Assembly (NCBI GenBank): GCA_041489255.1
Contig: JBGPQV010000005.1
Location: 64,001-128,000 of the forward strand
Reading direction: 5' to 3'
DNA: 64,000 nucleotides
Source: Thermoplasmata archaeon
GTDB taxonomy: Archaea; Thermoplasmatota; Thermoplasmata; RBG-16-68-12; JAFNFQ01
Position 1 is the first letter of the stretch. Each line of letters opens with the position of its first letter. Both the position numbers and the translations under genes were made by a program. Below, piece after piece: positions 20,501 to 28,478 of this stretch. The notes under the pieces are model-generated. The model saw only the letters and a program-made list of their open reading frames with translations. It had not been told where the DNA came from and ran no database searches.

Positions 20501-20835
20501 TGGAGCATGTGCTCGAGACCCTGCTGATACTCGGCGCCGCGGCGCTGTTCTTCTTCACGATTGGAGTGAGGATTCTGAAGCCAAAATCCGCGCATGAGAT
20601 CGCGGACATCGACGAGGTCTACAAGGCGGGAGGGAAGGCGGTCAACGTCGGGTCCGCGGGCATCTCCGGCGGGTTCGGCTACTTCTATCAAGGTGCGTCT
20701 GCGGTCGGCAACTGGCTCGTCAACCTCGGTCGTAGGGCGACCACCGCCGAGACCAGGGATGTGAACTGGAACCTCGTGGCTTTCGCACTCCTGATCGTGC
20801 TCTGCGTCGAGGCCATCCTGTTGGGGGTGAGCTGA
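17566..20835 (+). CDS. Fusion of two MrpD/NuoL-M-type antiporter-like subunits
   Basis: 1089 aa with two complete modules: FYEILT...PLHSWLP..APTPVSGLLH...LAYSTISQ and FWEAMA...PFHTWLPDTYP...LLSYHIVSQVGY...NGFVSK. Confidence 0.9.
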   Translation: MIDPTIFLLATVLTPFIGLIAIMSLSKWPNAREGASIATAVLTFAFAAIMLPEVFAGNTVNITAAEILPGLKIAFWAEPFGVLFATLASFLWIFTTVYSIGYMRGLKEHAQTRYYSCFAIVIGATMGIALSSNLFSLFIFYEILTIATYPLVAHKETEEAFKAGRKYLIFTLTGGLAILAGLVLMYVTSGTVDFMAGGQTKLIPLSADIIKPMFVLLIAGFGVKATLMPLHSWLPTAMIAPTPVSGLLHAVAVVKAGVFGLLRVVYFVFGPALLATYGLQIMLIVMAIITIIIASLIALVKDDIKARLAYSTISQLSYIVLGAALLTPAGLTGSLFQIAAHAFAKLTMFFVAGAILVTSGKTKISQLDGIAKKMPISMAMFTVAAIGMVGLPPLAGFGAKWFLAAGVTGAPGLGDWAQAALLLSLVASSVLNAAYFFPIVFRAYFGKTDEDIKEANWKLTLPLTVTAIGAIVIGMWTAMPLGWFNLSALGQNSISSFIPLLAPIDFPIKDITYIPPFLIFLIGAPLIFFLKGKARKIGLIVIAGLALLDVFLMPTFLATPFQGWKLDIMGFQLTFLNVDSLSLFTGYIFVIITFLATIYLTAFDVKHMELFALLYAGTSMGAVFAGDFLTLLIFWEAMALTSTALVVVYGGDAVKAGFRYLLFHVFGGSMFLAGIAMNYIVTGGSLALGPMAYGYAFVFAFIGIAVNLAMVPFHTWLPDTYPRPHVAASVFLSVYTTKAAVYALVRVMPPIDIGAATPYMAIIAYMGGIMAVYGVSLAVVQTNMRKLLSYHIVSQVGYMVAGVGMAFPMAVNGGMAHVFNHILYKALLFMTVGAVIYRTQQQDMSKLGGLWKVMPVTAIAFWIAAFSISGVPLFNGFVSKGMVITSAAEGGAELFWLRVLLEIASFGTFLSFLKMGWFVFMKKNVNGLEVKTQGDAPLPMKVAMVGTAILCVAIGVYPALLFNILPVPMHGEEYVPYALEHVLETLLILGAAALFFFTIGVRILKPKSAHEIADIDEVYKAGGKAVNVGSAGISGGFGYFYQGASAVGNWLVNLGRRATTAETRDVNWNLVAFALLIVLCVEAILLGVS

Positions 20836-22343
20836 TGGACGGTCTGATTGCGGCGGCGATGGTCTCCCCGATGATTCTCGCCATAGGCGGCATCGCGTGC
20901 TTCGGCTTCGCGAACCTGGCGAAGGGCAAGATGCGGGCGTGGACCGGGACGCTTGCCGCGATATTCTTCGTGGCCATGTTCGGCGTATTCGTCGCTCTCG
21001 CGGTCAGGGGATTCGATGCCCATGCGGAAGTCCCGTTCGCCGTCCTGGCTCCGAGCGACCTCGGCATCTTGATGGGACTATTAGTCACAGGTCTAGGCGC
21101 AGTTGCGAGCATCTACTCGCAGGGCGCGATAGATCCCGAGGGGCCGGTGGGCTACTACTACCCACTCCTGATGTTTGCGCTGGCGGGAACCGTCGCGATC
21201 GGATTCGCGGTGGACCTCTTCACGATGTTCGTCATGGTGGAGCTGTCCGCCATCCCATCGTACGCTCTCGTTGCCTACAACTACCGCAAGAGGCGGGCCG
21301 CCATGGCGGCCGCGATCAAGTACCTGATCCAGGGTGTCGCCGGGACGCTCACCGCTCTGCTCGGCATTTCCATCCTATACGTTTCCACGGGCAGCTTGCA
21401 CGTGGACGTCATATGGAGAGTGTTCACAGGCCCTGATATGCTATTGTCTCTCGCGGCAATCTTGGTCGTCACCGGGTACGGCGTGAAGATCGCATTGGTC
21501 CCCCTGCACACGTGGTTGCCGGATGCCTACTACGAGGCGCCGATGGGCGTGACCGCGATCATGGCGGGGGCCACGAAGGCGGGTGCGCTGGTTGCCCTAT
21601 TCAGGGCAGTCGCGGCGCTGCCATTCGTCAGCGTCAGCGTTGCCCAGGTCGGCCTGATTGTCAGCGTTCTCGCAATCGCGACGATGACCGTCGGCAACAT
21701 CATCGCGCTCGGCCAGAAGGACCTGAGGAGGATGCTCGCCTACTCGAGCATCGCGCAGATGGGCTACATCCTGTTGGGGTTCGGAGTCGGCCTTCACTAT
21801 GGAATCTCAATCGGGCTGGCGGCTGGGCTGTTCTACCTCACCGTCTACGGCATAATGAAAGGAGGCGCTTTCCTCTGCGCGGGGGCATTCGGCAAGGCGA
21901 CGAACGGCGGCGTCACGTTCGAGCAGTTGAGGGGAGCAGGAGTGAGGAACCCTGTCGTGGGGATCTCCTTCCTTCTCTTCATCCTCGGTCTGATCGGGAT
22001 TCCCGCCACGGCCGGTTTCCCGGGAAAGCTGATGCTCTTCCAAGCCGGGCTGGAGTCACAGGTCGTGACCAACACCTGGCTGAACTGGGGCACGTTGCTG
22101 TCGATCGCCCTTGCTCTGAACAGCGCACTATCCTTGGGCTACTACGTGCCCGCGCTGAATTATCTCCTTTTCAAGCCGGGACACCACGGAGAACATGAGG
22201 GGAAGTCGAAGATTCCAATCGCCATGGTCGCCGCAATCGTCCCGTTGGCGGTGCTCACCGTGATCTTCGGTCTGTACCCGCAGGCAGTGATGAACCTCAC
22301 GAACCCAGCTTCCACATTCTTCAAACCAGGAGGAATGCCATGA
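20835..22343 (+). CDS. Third antiporter-like subunit (NuoN/MrpD-like)
   Basis: VELSAIPSYALV, KYL, PLHTWLPDAY.EAP, RMLAYSSIAQMGY, GIPATAGFPGK. Confidence 0.9.
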   Translation: MDGLIAAAMVSPMILAIGGIACFGFANLAKGKMRAWTGTLAAIFFVAMFGVFVALAVRGFDAHAEVPFAVLAPSDLGILMGLLVTGLGAVASIYSQGAIDPEGPVGYYYPLLMFALAGTVAIGFAVDLFTMFVMVELSAIPSYALVAYNYRKRRAAMAAAIKYLIQGVAGTLTALLGISILYVSTGSLHVDVIWRVFTGPDMLLSLAAILVVTGYGVKIALVPLHTWLPDAYYEAPMGVTAIMAGATKAGALVALFRAVAALPFVSVSVAQVGLIVSVLAIATMTVGNIIALGQKDLRRMLAYSSIAQMGYILLGFGVGLHYGISIGLAAGLFYLTVYGIMKGGAFLCAGAFGKATNGGVTFEQLRGAGVRNPVVGISFLLFILGLIGIPATAGFPGKLMLFQAGLESQVVTNTWLNWGTLLSIALALNSALSLGYYVPALNYLLFKPGHHGEHEGKSKIPIAMVAAIVPLAVLTVIFGLYPQAVMNLTNPASTFFKPGGMP

Positions 22344-22684
22344 CCGACCTTCTGATGGACATCGTGACCTCGCCGCTACTGGTCTTCGCGCTGACCCTGC
22401 TCGTCGCTTGGGCCCTGTATTGGCTCGGCGGCAAGATGTCGCCGAGTTTCCTCGCCGAAGGCGGAAAGGCGAAAGCCTATACCGGCGGGGAGAATATTCC
22501 AGGCAAGAAACAGCGTGTATCCTACCAGTTCTATCATCTGGCGCTCATCTTCACGGTGCTCCACGTCACCACGCTGGTTGTGGCGACCGCATTCCTCGCA
22601 GGAGCCGGGATAGTCGCGATCTTCTACCTGCTAATTGGCACCACGGCCGTGGTCGTGGTTCTAGTGGGGTGGCAAAATGTTTGA
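22340..22684 (+). CDS. NuoA-like subunit
   Basis: TM, then K...YTGGE loop, then FYHLALIF..LH and two more TMs (NuoA topology). Confidence 0.78.
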   Translation: MTDLLMDIVTSPLLVFALTLLVAWALYWLGGKMSPSFLAEGGKAKAYTGGENIPGKKQRVSYQFYHLALIFTVLHVTTLVVATAFLAGAGIVAIFYLLIGTTAVVVVLVGWQNV

Positions 22685-23177
22685 AAATCTGGTTAAGTGG
22701 GCAAGGAAAAAGTCGCCTTGGATTCTGCTGTTCAACAGCGGCAGCTGCAACGCCTGCGACATCGAGGTGATTGCGGCTGTGACCCCGAGGTTCGACGTCG
22801 AACGATTCGGCATACAGGTCAAGGGCAGCCCCCGCCACGCCGACATTCTCGTCGTGACCGGGCCTGTGACCCGCCAGCAGGCATCGAGGCTGAGGCGGAT
22901 CTACGACCAGATGCCCGACCCGAAGTACGTCGTCGCGATGGGGAGCTGCGGTTCCACTGGCGGTGTGTTCAAAGGTCTCTACAATGTCATGGATGGCGTT
23001 GACAAGGTGCTCCCCGTGGACGCCTATGTCGCCGGATGCCCGCCGAGGCCGGACGAGATAATCGACGGTGTCATCGCGGTCCTGGGCATGATAGAATCGG
23101 GCGATGGTCGCAAGAGGGCGAGGGGAAAGGATCCGATTCGCATCGAGAGGAAGCCGCTTGCGGAGGTGACGACGTGA
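22677..23177 (+). CDS. Group 4 hydrogenase small subunit (NuoB/EchC-like)
   Basis: GSCNACDIE, SPRHADIL, GSCG, GCPPRP. Confidence 0.93.
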   Translation: MFENLVKWARKKSPWILLFNSGSCNACDIEVIAAVTPRFDVERFGIQVKGSPRHADILVVTGPVTRQQASRLRRIYDQMPDPKYVVAMGSCGSTGGVFKGLYNVMDGVDKVLPVDAYVAGCPPRPDEIIDGVIAVLGMIESGDGRKRARGKDPIRIERKPLAEVTT

Positions 23178-23674
23178 CGGACGAGAATCCCATGCTCGCG
23201 GTGGTGAAGCAGGATCTGGGCACCAAGGCGGTCGAGGTGACGGCTCCCCGCCGGAAGCGCATCACGATCGCCGCCACTCCGGGGACATATCGCGACGTCA
23301 TCAAGTACCTGCAGGACAAGATGGACTGCTATCACCTCAGCGTCCTCCAGGGTGTGGACAACAGGACGAGCTTCGAGGTGGTCTACCACTTCTGGAGCGA
23401 CCGCAACGGCATGTTCACGGTGAAGGTCGCGCTCCCGCACGACAAGCCGGCGATAGGTACGATCACGGACATCGTGCCCGCCGCGATACTATACGAGCGC
23501 GAGGTTCACGACCTGTTCGGCATAGAATTCCCTGGGCACCCGGACATGAGGCGACTACTCCTCAACGACGAATGGCCCAAGGACGAGCACCCGCTGAGGA
23601 AGGACTGGAAGATGGACGAGAAGAAGTTCTATGGCGGCGTCAGGTCTTCGACCGGAGGTGAGAAGTCTGGCTGA
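23174..23674 (+). CDS. NuoC/EchD-like subunit
   Basis: GTG 23174; YEREVHDLFGIEFPGHPDMRRLLL..W...HPLRKDW. Confidence 0.9.
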   Translation: MTDENPMLAVVKQDLGTKAVEVTAPRRKRITIAATPGTYRDVIKYLQDKMDCYHLSVLQGVDNRTSFEVVYHFWSDRNGMFTVKVALPHDKPAIGTITDIVPAAILYEREVHDLFGIEFPGHPDMRRLLLNDEWPKDEHPLRKDWKMDEKKFYGGVRSSTGGEKSG

Positions 23675-23675
23675 G

Positions 23676-24860
23676 ATGAAGATTCCGATCGGACCGCAGC
23701 ACCCCGCCCTCAAGGAGCCCGTGGGGTTCATGGTGAATGTCGAGGGTGAGAGGATCAAGTCGCTCGACCTCGACGTGAGCTACAACCACCGCGGCATCGA
23801 GAAAGGCGTGGAGCAGAGGGACTTCAACCAGTCGCTCTACCTCATTGAGCGCATCTGTGGCATCTGTTCGCACGCGCACGCGACGAACTTCGTAAAGGGC
23901 GTCGAGGAACTCATGAACCTGGAGATCCCCAAGAGGGCCACCTATATCCGACTCATCGTCGGTGAGCTCGAGCGCATCCACAGTCACTATCTCTGGGTCG
24001 GCGTGGCTGGCCACGAGATCGGCTTCGACACGCTATTCATGTACACGTGGCGGGACCGAGAGCTAGTGCAGGACCTGCTCGAGATCATAAGCGGGAACCG
24101 CGTGAACTATGCAATCAATTGCCTCGGTGGCGTAAGGCGCGACCTCAGTGAGAAGACAATCAACCTCGCCTTGGACCACCTGAAGAAGCTCGGCGAGAGA
24201 GCCATCTATTACACCAGGCTTGCGACCACAGAGGAGACCATGGTCGGTAGGCTGGCGGGCGTGGGCAAGTTGTCGCACGAGAAGGCGAAGACCCTCGGGT
24301 CCGTCGGTCCGACCGCGAGGGGTTCCGGCGTGGACAGCGACGTGAGGCGGGACGACCCCTACCTGGCGTACGCCGATGTGCCGTTCAAGGTGATCACCGC
24401 AAACAACTGCGACGTTCTCGGCCGCACGATAGTCAGGGCGGGCGAGCTGGCGCAGTCGATTGAAATGACCAAGTGGGCGCTGGAGAACCTCCCGCCCGGA
24501 GAAATCAAGAAAGCCCCGCCAAGGTCCGCGCCGCCCGGAGAGGTCATCAGCAGATACGAGGCGCCGCGCGGGGAGCTGGTGCACTACATCAAGAGCAACA
24601 ACACCGACAAGGCGGAAAGGTTCGGAGTCAGGACGCCGACGATGGCGAACTGGCCGTCGGTGGTCGAGGGCTTGACCGGGCAGAACATCGCCGACATACC
24701 GATCGTTGTAGCCGCCATCGACCCTTGCCTGAGCTGCACGTCGAGGACCACGTTCGTGGACACCGACAGCCGCAAGTCGTGGGTCTGGAACTGGGACGAG
24801 CTGAGGAACTACAGCATTAGATGGTACCGGGAGAACAAGGGCATCTATTGGGGTGACTGA
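23676..24860 (+). CDS. Group 4 [NiFe]-hydrogenase large subunit
   Basis: IGPQHPALKEP, L1 ERICGICSHAH, L2 DPCLSCTSR plus ~37-aa tail; RBS GGAGGTG at 23654 also fits a CTG start at 23667. Confidence 0.92.
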   Translation: MKIPIGPQHPALKEPVGFMVNVEGERIKSLDLDVSYNHRGIEKGVEQRDFNQSLYLIERICGICSHAHATNFVKGVEELMNLEIPKRATYIRLIVGELERIHSHYLWVGVAGHEIGFDTLFMYTWRDRELVQDLLEIISGNRVNYAINCLGGVRRDLSEKTINLALDHLKKLGERAIYYTRLATTEETMVGRLAGVGKLSHEKAKTLGSVGPTARGSGVDSDVRRDDPYLAYADVPFKVITANNCDVLGRTIVRAGELAQSIEMTKWALENLPPGEIKKAPPRSAPPGEVISRYEAPRGELVHYIKSNNTDKAERFGVRTPTMANWPSVVEGLTGQNIADIPIVVAAIDPCLSCTSRTTFVDTDSRKSWVWNWDELRNYSIRWYRENKGIYWGD

Positions 24861-25836
24861 GTTGGATGCCTGGCTGGTCTTCCTGTACGTCCTGGTCTTC
24901 CCAGGCATATTCTTCCTGCTGGGCTACAGCTTCTTCGCCGAGTGGTTCGACAGGAAGATGTACGCCAAGATGCAGAACAGGGTCGGCCCGCCGCTGGTCC
25001 AGCCGTTCGCCGACTTCATCAAGCTGCTGTCCAAGGAGGATATAATGCCGGAAGGGGTCGAGGCGAAGCCCTACAACGTCCTGCCCCTGTTCGCGTTCGC
25101 CGCCGTTGCGACGTCGTTCATCTATATCCCGACATTCATGTCTAGCAGTCCGGTCGGGTTCCAGGGCGATCTCCTCCTCGTGCTCTACATGCTGACGTTG
25201 CCGACGATTATCCTCTTCCTGGTCGGCTGGTACTCCCACAACACCTTCGCGACGATCGGCGCGTACAGGGCGGTGAGCCAGCTGTTCGTCTACGAAGTGC
25301 CTCTGTTCATAGCGGCACTCGGCCCGGCGCTGTGGGTCAAGAGCTGGTCGGTCAGCGACATCGTCTCCTGGCAGCAGGGCAACCCCTGGCTGTTCCTGAT
25401 ACAGCCGCTTGGATTCATCATCGCGATCATCTGCCTGCAGGCGAAGCTTGAGCGGATACCGTTCGACATACCCGAGGCCGAGACCGAGATCGTCGGCGGG
25501 CCTCTGGTCGAGTACTCCGGCAGGAAGCTCGCGCTCTTCCGCATAGCGACCGACATGCTGATGGTGACCGGCGCGTCGCTGATTGGGGCGCTGTACCTCG
25601 GGGGCCCCAGCGTCGGGTTCTCCCTCGATTCGCTGCCGTTCTGGGCGGCGGGCGTCATCGGCTTCGTCGCTTTCCTGCTCAAGACCCTCCTGATAGTCTT
25701 CCTGCTTTCCTTCATCAGGGCGGCATTCGCCCGCCTGAGGATCGACCAGATGACCAGCTTCGGCTGGAAATGGCTGGCATCTTTGGCGCTGTTTCAAATA
25801 TTCCTCGTGATAGGTATGCGGATGGTGGTCCAGTGA
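24853..25836 (+). CDS. NuoH/MbhM-like membrane subunit
   Basis: RKMYAKMQNRVGPP..QPFADFIKLLSKE, PFDIPEAETEIVGGPLVEYSG. Confidence 0.93.
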   Translation: MTELDAWLVFLYVLVFPGIFFLLGYSFFAEWFDRKMYAKMQNRVGPPLVQPFADFIKLLSKEDIMPEGVEAKPYNVLPLFAFAAVATSFIYIPTFMSSSPVGFQGDLLLVLYMLTLPTIILFLVGWYSHNTFATIGAYRAVSQLFVYEVPLFIAALGPALWVKSWSVSDIVSWQQGNPWLFLIQPLGFIIAIICLQAKLERIPFDIPEAETEIVGGPLVEYSGRKLALFRIATDMLMVTGASLIGALYLGGPSVGFSLDSLPFWAAGVIGFVAFLLKTLLIVFLLSFIRAAFARLRIDQMTSFGWKWLASLALFQIFLVIGMRMVVQ

Positions 25837-26228
25837 CGAGGCCAGGCGCGGCGTTCTCCGAGCTTCTAAGATCCCTGACGAAGAGGAGAGCGACGGTTCT
25901 CTACCCCTACGAGAAGGTCGACGTTCCGAGCGATTTCAGGGGAAGGATCGAGGTCAGGGACGACCTGTGCATCGGATGCTCGAAATGCGCAATCGCGTGC
26001 CCCGCCGACGCGATAGAGATGGCGGCCGAGAAGGGCGAGAAGAAGATCAAATACGGCGGCAAGGAGATTCCGAGGAAGAAGCACCCCGAGGTCAACCTCC
26101 TGAGCTGCATCAGGTGTGATGTGTGCGAGGAGGTCTGCCCGACCGCACCGAAGGCGATCTACATCACGGCCAAGTTCAGCGGCGCCTCGGACAAGAACGT
26201 CATACTGGTCGTCCCGACGGTGCCTTGA
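25833..26228 (+). CDS. NuoI/MbhN-like 2x[4Fe-4S] subunit
   Basis: GTG 25833; TVLYPYE...FRG...CIGCSKCAIACP...CIRCDVCEEVCP. Confidence 0.92.
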   Translation: MTRPGAAFSELLRSLTKRRATVLYPYEKVDVPSDFRGRIEVRDDLCIGCSKCAIACPADAIEMAAEKGEKKIKYGGKEIPRKKHPEVNLLSCIRCDVCEEVCPTAPKAIYITAKFSGASDKNVILVVPTVP

Positions 26229-26732
26229 ATGGCGGCCGAGAGCTTCGAAGAGGAGCTCAAGGCTCTCCTGAAGGGCGCGAAGAAGACCGTTGTCATGGCG
26301 GTGGGAGACGAGCTGGATCCTCGAGACTGCCTAGGGCACTTGGCAGGACGCAGGGTTTCCGCCCTGAATCTGAAGGGAGTCGATGTGCTGCTCACCTCTC
26401 AGATGCCGGAGAACTTCACATCAGTCGTCAGGCGGATGAAACCTAGTCATGTCGTCCTCATCGACGCGGCTCAGATGGGCAGGAGTCCTGGTGATGTGGC
26501 CATCATAGACTCAGGGAAGATTTCTGCCACTCGAGTCTCCACGCACGCTTTGCCCCTTTCGGTGCTTATGGACTACCTGAAGAAGGAGCTGAAGGTGAAG
26601 GTCGCTCTCATAGGTATCCAGCCAACATCCTCAGAGGAGTACGGCGAGGCCGAGCAGCCTCCCGCAATCCAGAGAGGCATCGAGAGAATCGCCAGCGGGA
26701 TCAAGGCGGCGATTGGCGGCCGAGTTCGGTGA
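26229..26732 (+). CDS. hycI: Hydrogenase maturation endopeptidase HycI-like
   Basis: VGDELDPRDCLG, PENF, IDAA, STHALPL, IGIQP. Confidence 0.88.
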   Translation: MAAESFEEELKALLKGAKKTVVMAVGDELDPRDCLGHLAGRRVSALNLKGVDVLLTSQMPENFTSVVRRMKPSHVVLIDAAQMGRSPGDVAIIDSGKISATRVSTHALPLSVLMDYLKKELKVKVALIGIQPTSSEEYGEAEQPPAIQRGIERIASGIKAAIGGRVR

Positions 26733-26808
26733 GACGGAAGCCGCTGCGGTCAGGTCCGAGCTCGCGCTCAACTGCAAGGAATTCAAGAAGCAGCGGGCGG
26801 CGGGTCCA

Positions 26809-27081
26809 TTACGCTAAGTGCAGATGTCGCCCCTCGATGTAGGTCGCCATGCGCTCGATCCCGGGCAGCGTCCTGATTTTGTGCATCATTATCTCGGCCA
26901 GATCCTCGGGACCCTTCCCTTTCACTGTCACCAGGTACTCGTACCCGTCGACGATGAAGTAGGTGTCCTTCACCTCCGGTATGTCGTATAGGCCGGAGAA
27001 GAACCTGCGCTCGGCGCCAGGCTCGACCTTGAGCAACGCATAGCCTCGAAGTTCGCCATTCTGCTGGTTCATCATGTCCAA
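26809..27081 (-). CDS. Stand-alone Lrp/AsnC ligand-binding domain protein
   Basis: GYALLKVEPGAE...PEV...YEYLV.V...KIRTLPGIERMATYI. Confidence 0.78.
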   Translation of the reverse strand: MDMMNQQNGELRGYALLKVEPGAERRFFSGLYDIPEVKDTYFIVDGYEYLVTVKGKGPEDLAEIMMHKIRTLPGIERMATYIEGRHLHLA

Positions 27082-27388
27082 GACTGCTCCGATTGATTCA
27101 TTGTATGGGCGTGGGAGGGTAACTAATTTGTCAAAATACAGTGGGGTTTGCGGGACACCGGCAAATTACATGGCGTTCATCGCGCGGAAGGCCATTACAT
27201 CCCATCCTATTCCCAGAGTCGAAATTAGTAATATGGATTAGCGTACCGCCGAACGAACTGAATATACTCTGGTCGCCGGGAACATACTTAATTCAATTAA
27301 ATCCCGAAAAATCTCAAACGGGTCGTCCTGGCCTCAAGACCAACTGGATCCGACAGATGATTGCGATTCACCATCGCTACAGAAAACA

Positions 27389-28291
27389 TCAGGCGAGGCG
27401 AGGCGCTCCTTCAGGATCCACATGGATGACGAGGTATCGACACCCGGTCGCCTCCGTCACGCGCTTGTGCACCTCGATGGATATCCGGTCTCCCTCTTCG
27501 ATCGACATTCCCCTCTTGACCTCGATGTGGAACCCCGCGTGGATGGCATCTGGCCCCACATACTCCGCCAGGATCTTGTGGACTCCGATCACGCCTTCGA
27601 CCGAGCGGGCGGCTGTCTCCAGCTTCTTGATGAACTCCGGTCCGGGGGATGTCCCGAGGAGCATGGACATGTTCTCCCTGAACAGCTTGACCGCCGCATA
27701 TGCGATGACCGTCGCGACGATGATCGCCGCAATAGGGTCAGCGAGGGGCTCTCCCCAGATGATGAACAGCGTGCCGGCAAAGGCAGCGACGAGACCGAGC
27801 TCGTCATTGATCAGCTCTCTCATCTGCGCCTTGGCCACGGGTCCACGGTTCTTGATCCGCAGGAAGCTGAGAAAGGGGATCGAGGAGATCACCATGGAGA
27901 CGGCGATCACTCCGAGCGCGAGCGGCAGGTTCTGATACACGGCTGTCTCGTGGCTATACAGTCTCGGGATTGCCTCCTCGTACAGCTTGAAGCTCGTGAA
28001 GGAAATGAAGAGGGTAGCGGCGACGAGGGCGGCCACGCCTTGAGCGCGCCCGTGCCCGAACAGATGTTCCTTGTCAGCGCCCTTGCTCGACCATATCGAG
28101 GCGAAGAGCAGGAAGCCCGAGATGATGATGTCGCTGAGGGTATGGACGGCCTCGGCGAAGAGGACGATGACCCCGGTCACGAGGAAGACGGCTATTTTCA
28201 GCACGAAGACGACGAGGTAGACGGCCACGGCGAGCTTCAGCGCCCCAGTTTCGCCGGATCCCCGAATCGCCGGATTAAATGTCTGATTCAT
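27389..28291 (-). CDS. Cation diffusion facilitator (FieF-like) metal transporter
   Basis: Start ATG 28291; AEAVHTLSD, ADKEHLFGHGR, ADPIAAIIV, C-terminal IHVDP. Confidence 0.9.
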   Translation of the reverse strand: MNQTFNPAIRGSGETGALKLAVAVYLVVFVLKIAVFLVTGVIVLFAEAVHTLSDIIISGFLLFASIWSSKGADKEHLFGHGRAQGVAALVAATLFISFTSFKLYEEAIPRLYSHETAVYQNLPLALGVIAVSMVISSIPFLSFLRIKNRGPVAKAQMRELINDELGLVAAFAGTLFIIWGEPLADPIAAIIVATVIAYAAVKLFRENMSMLLGTSPGPEFIKKLETAARSVEGVIGVHKILAEYVGPDAIHAGFHIEVKRGMSIEEGDRISIEVHKRVTEATGCRYLVIHVDPEGAPRLA

Positions 28292-28478
28292 TTTGGGTTG
28301 CGGACATGATAGGAAGGAACATGATAAGATTCTTCGGATAGATTTCGGGGGATTCCACCAGCATCGATGAGAACCTATAAATGTCGAGGCAAGATGCCCT
28401 TGAAGAATCCTGTAGAACCCTGACCAGGAGAGTGTTAGCATCAGAAAGAACGCGAAGCTTGGTAGCGTCATCCTAGGA

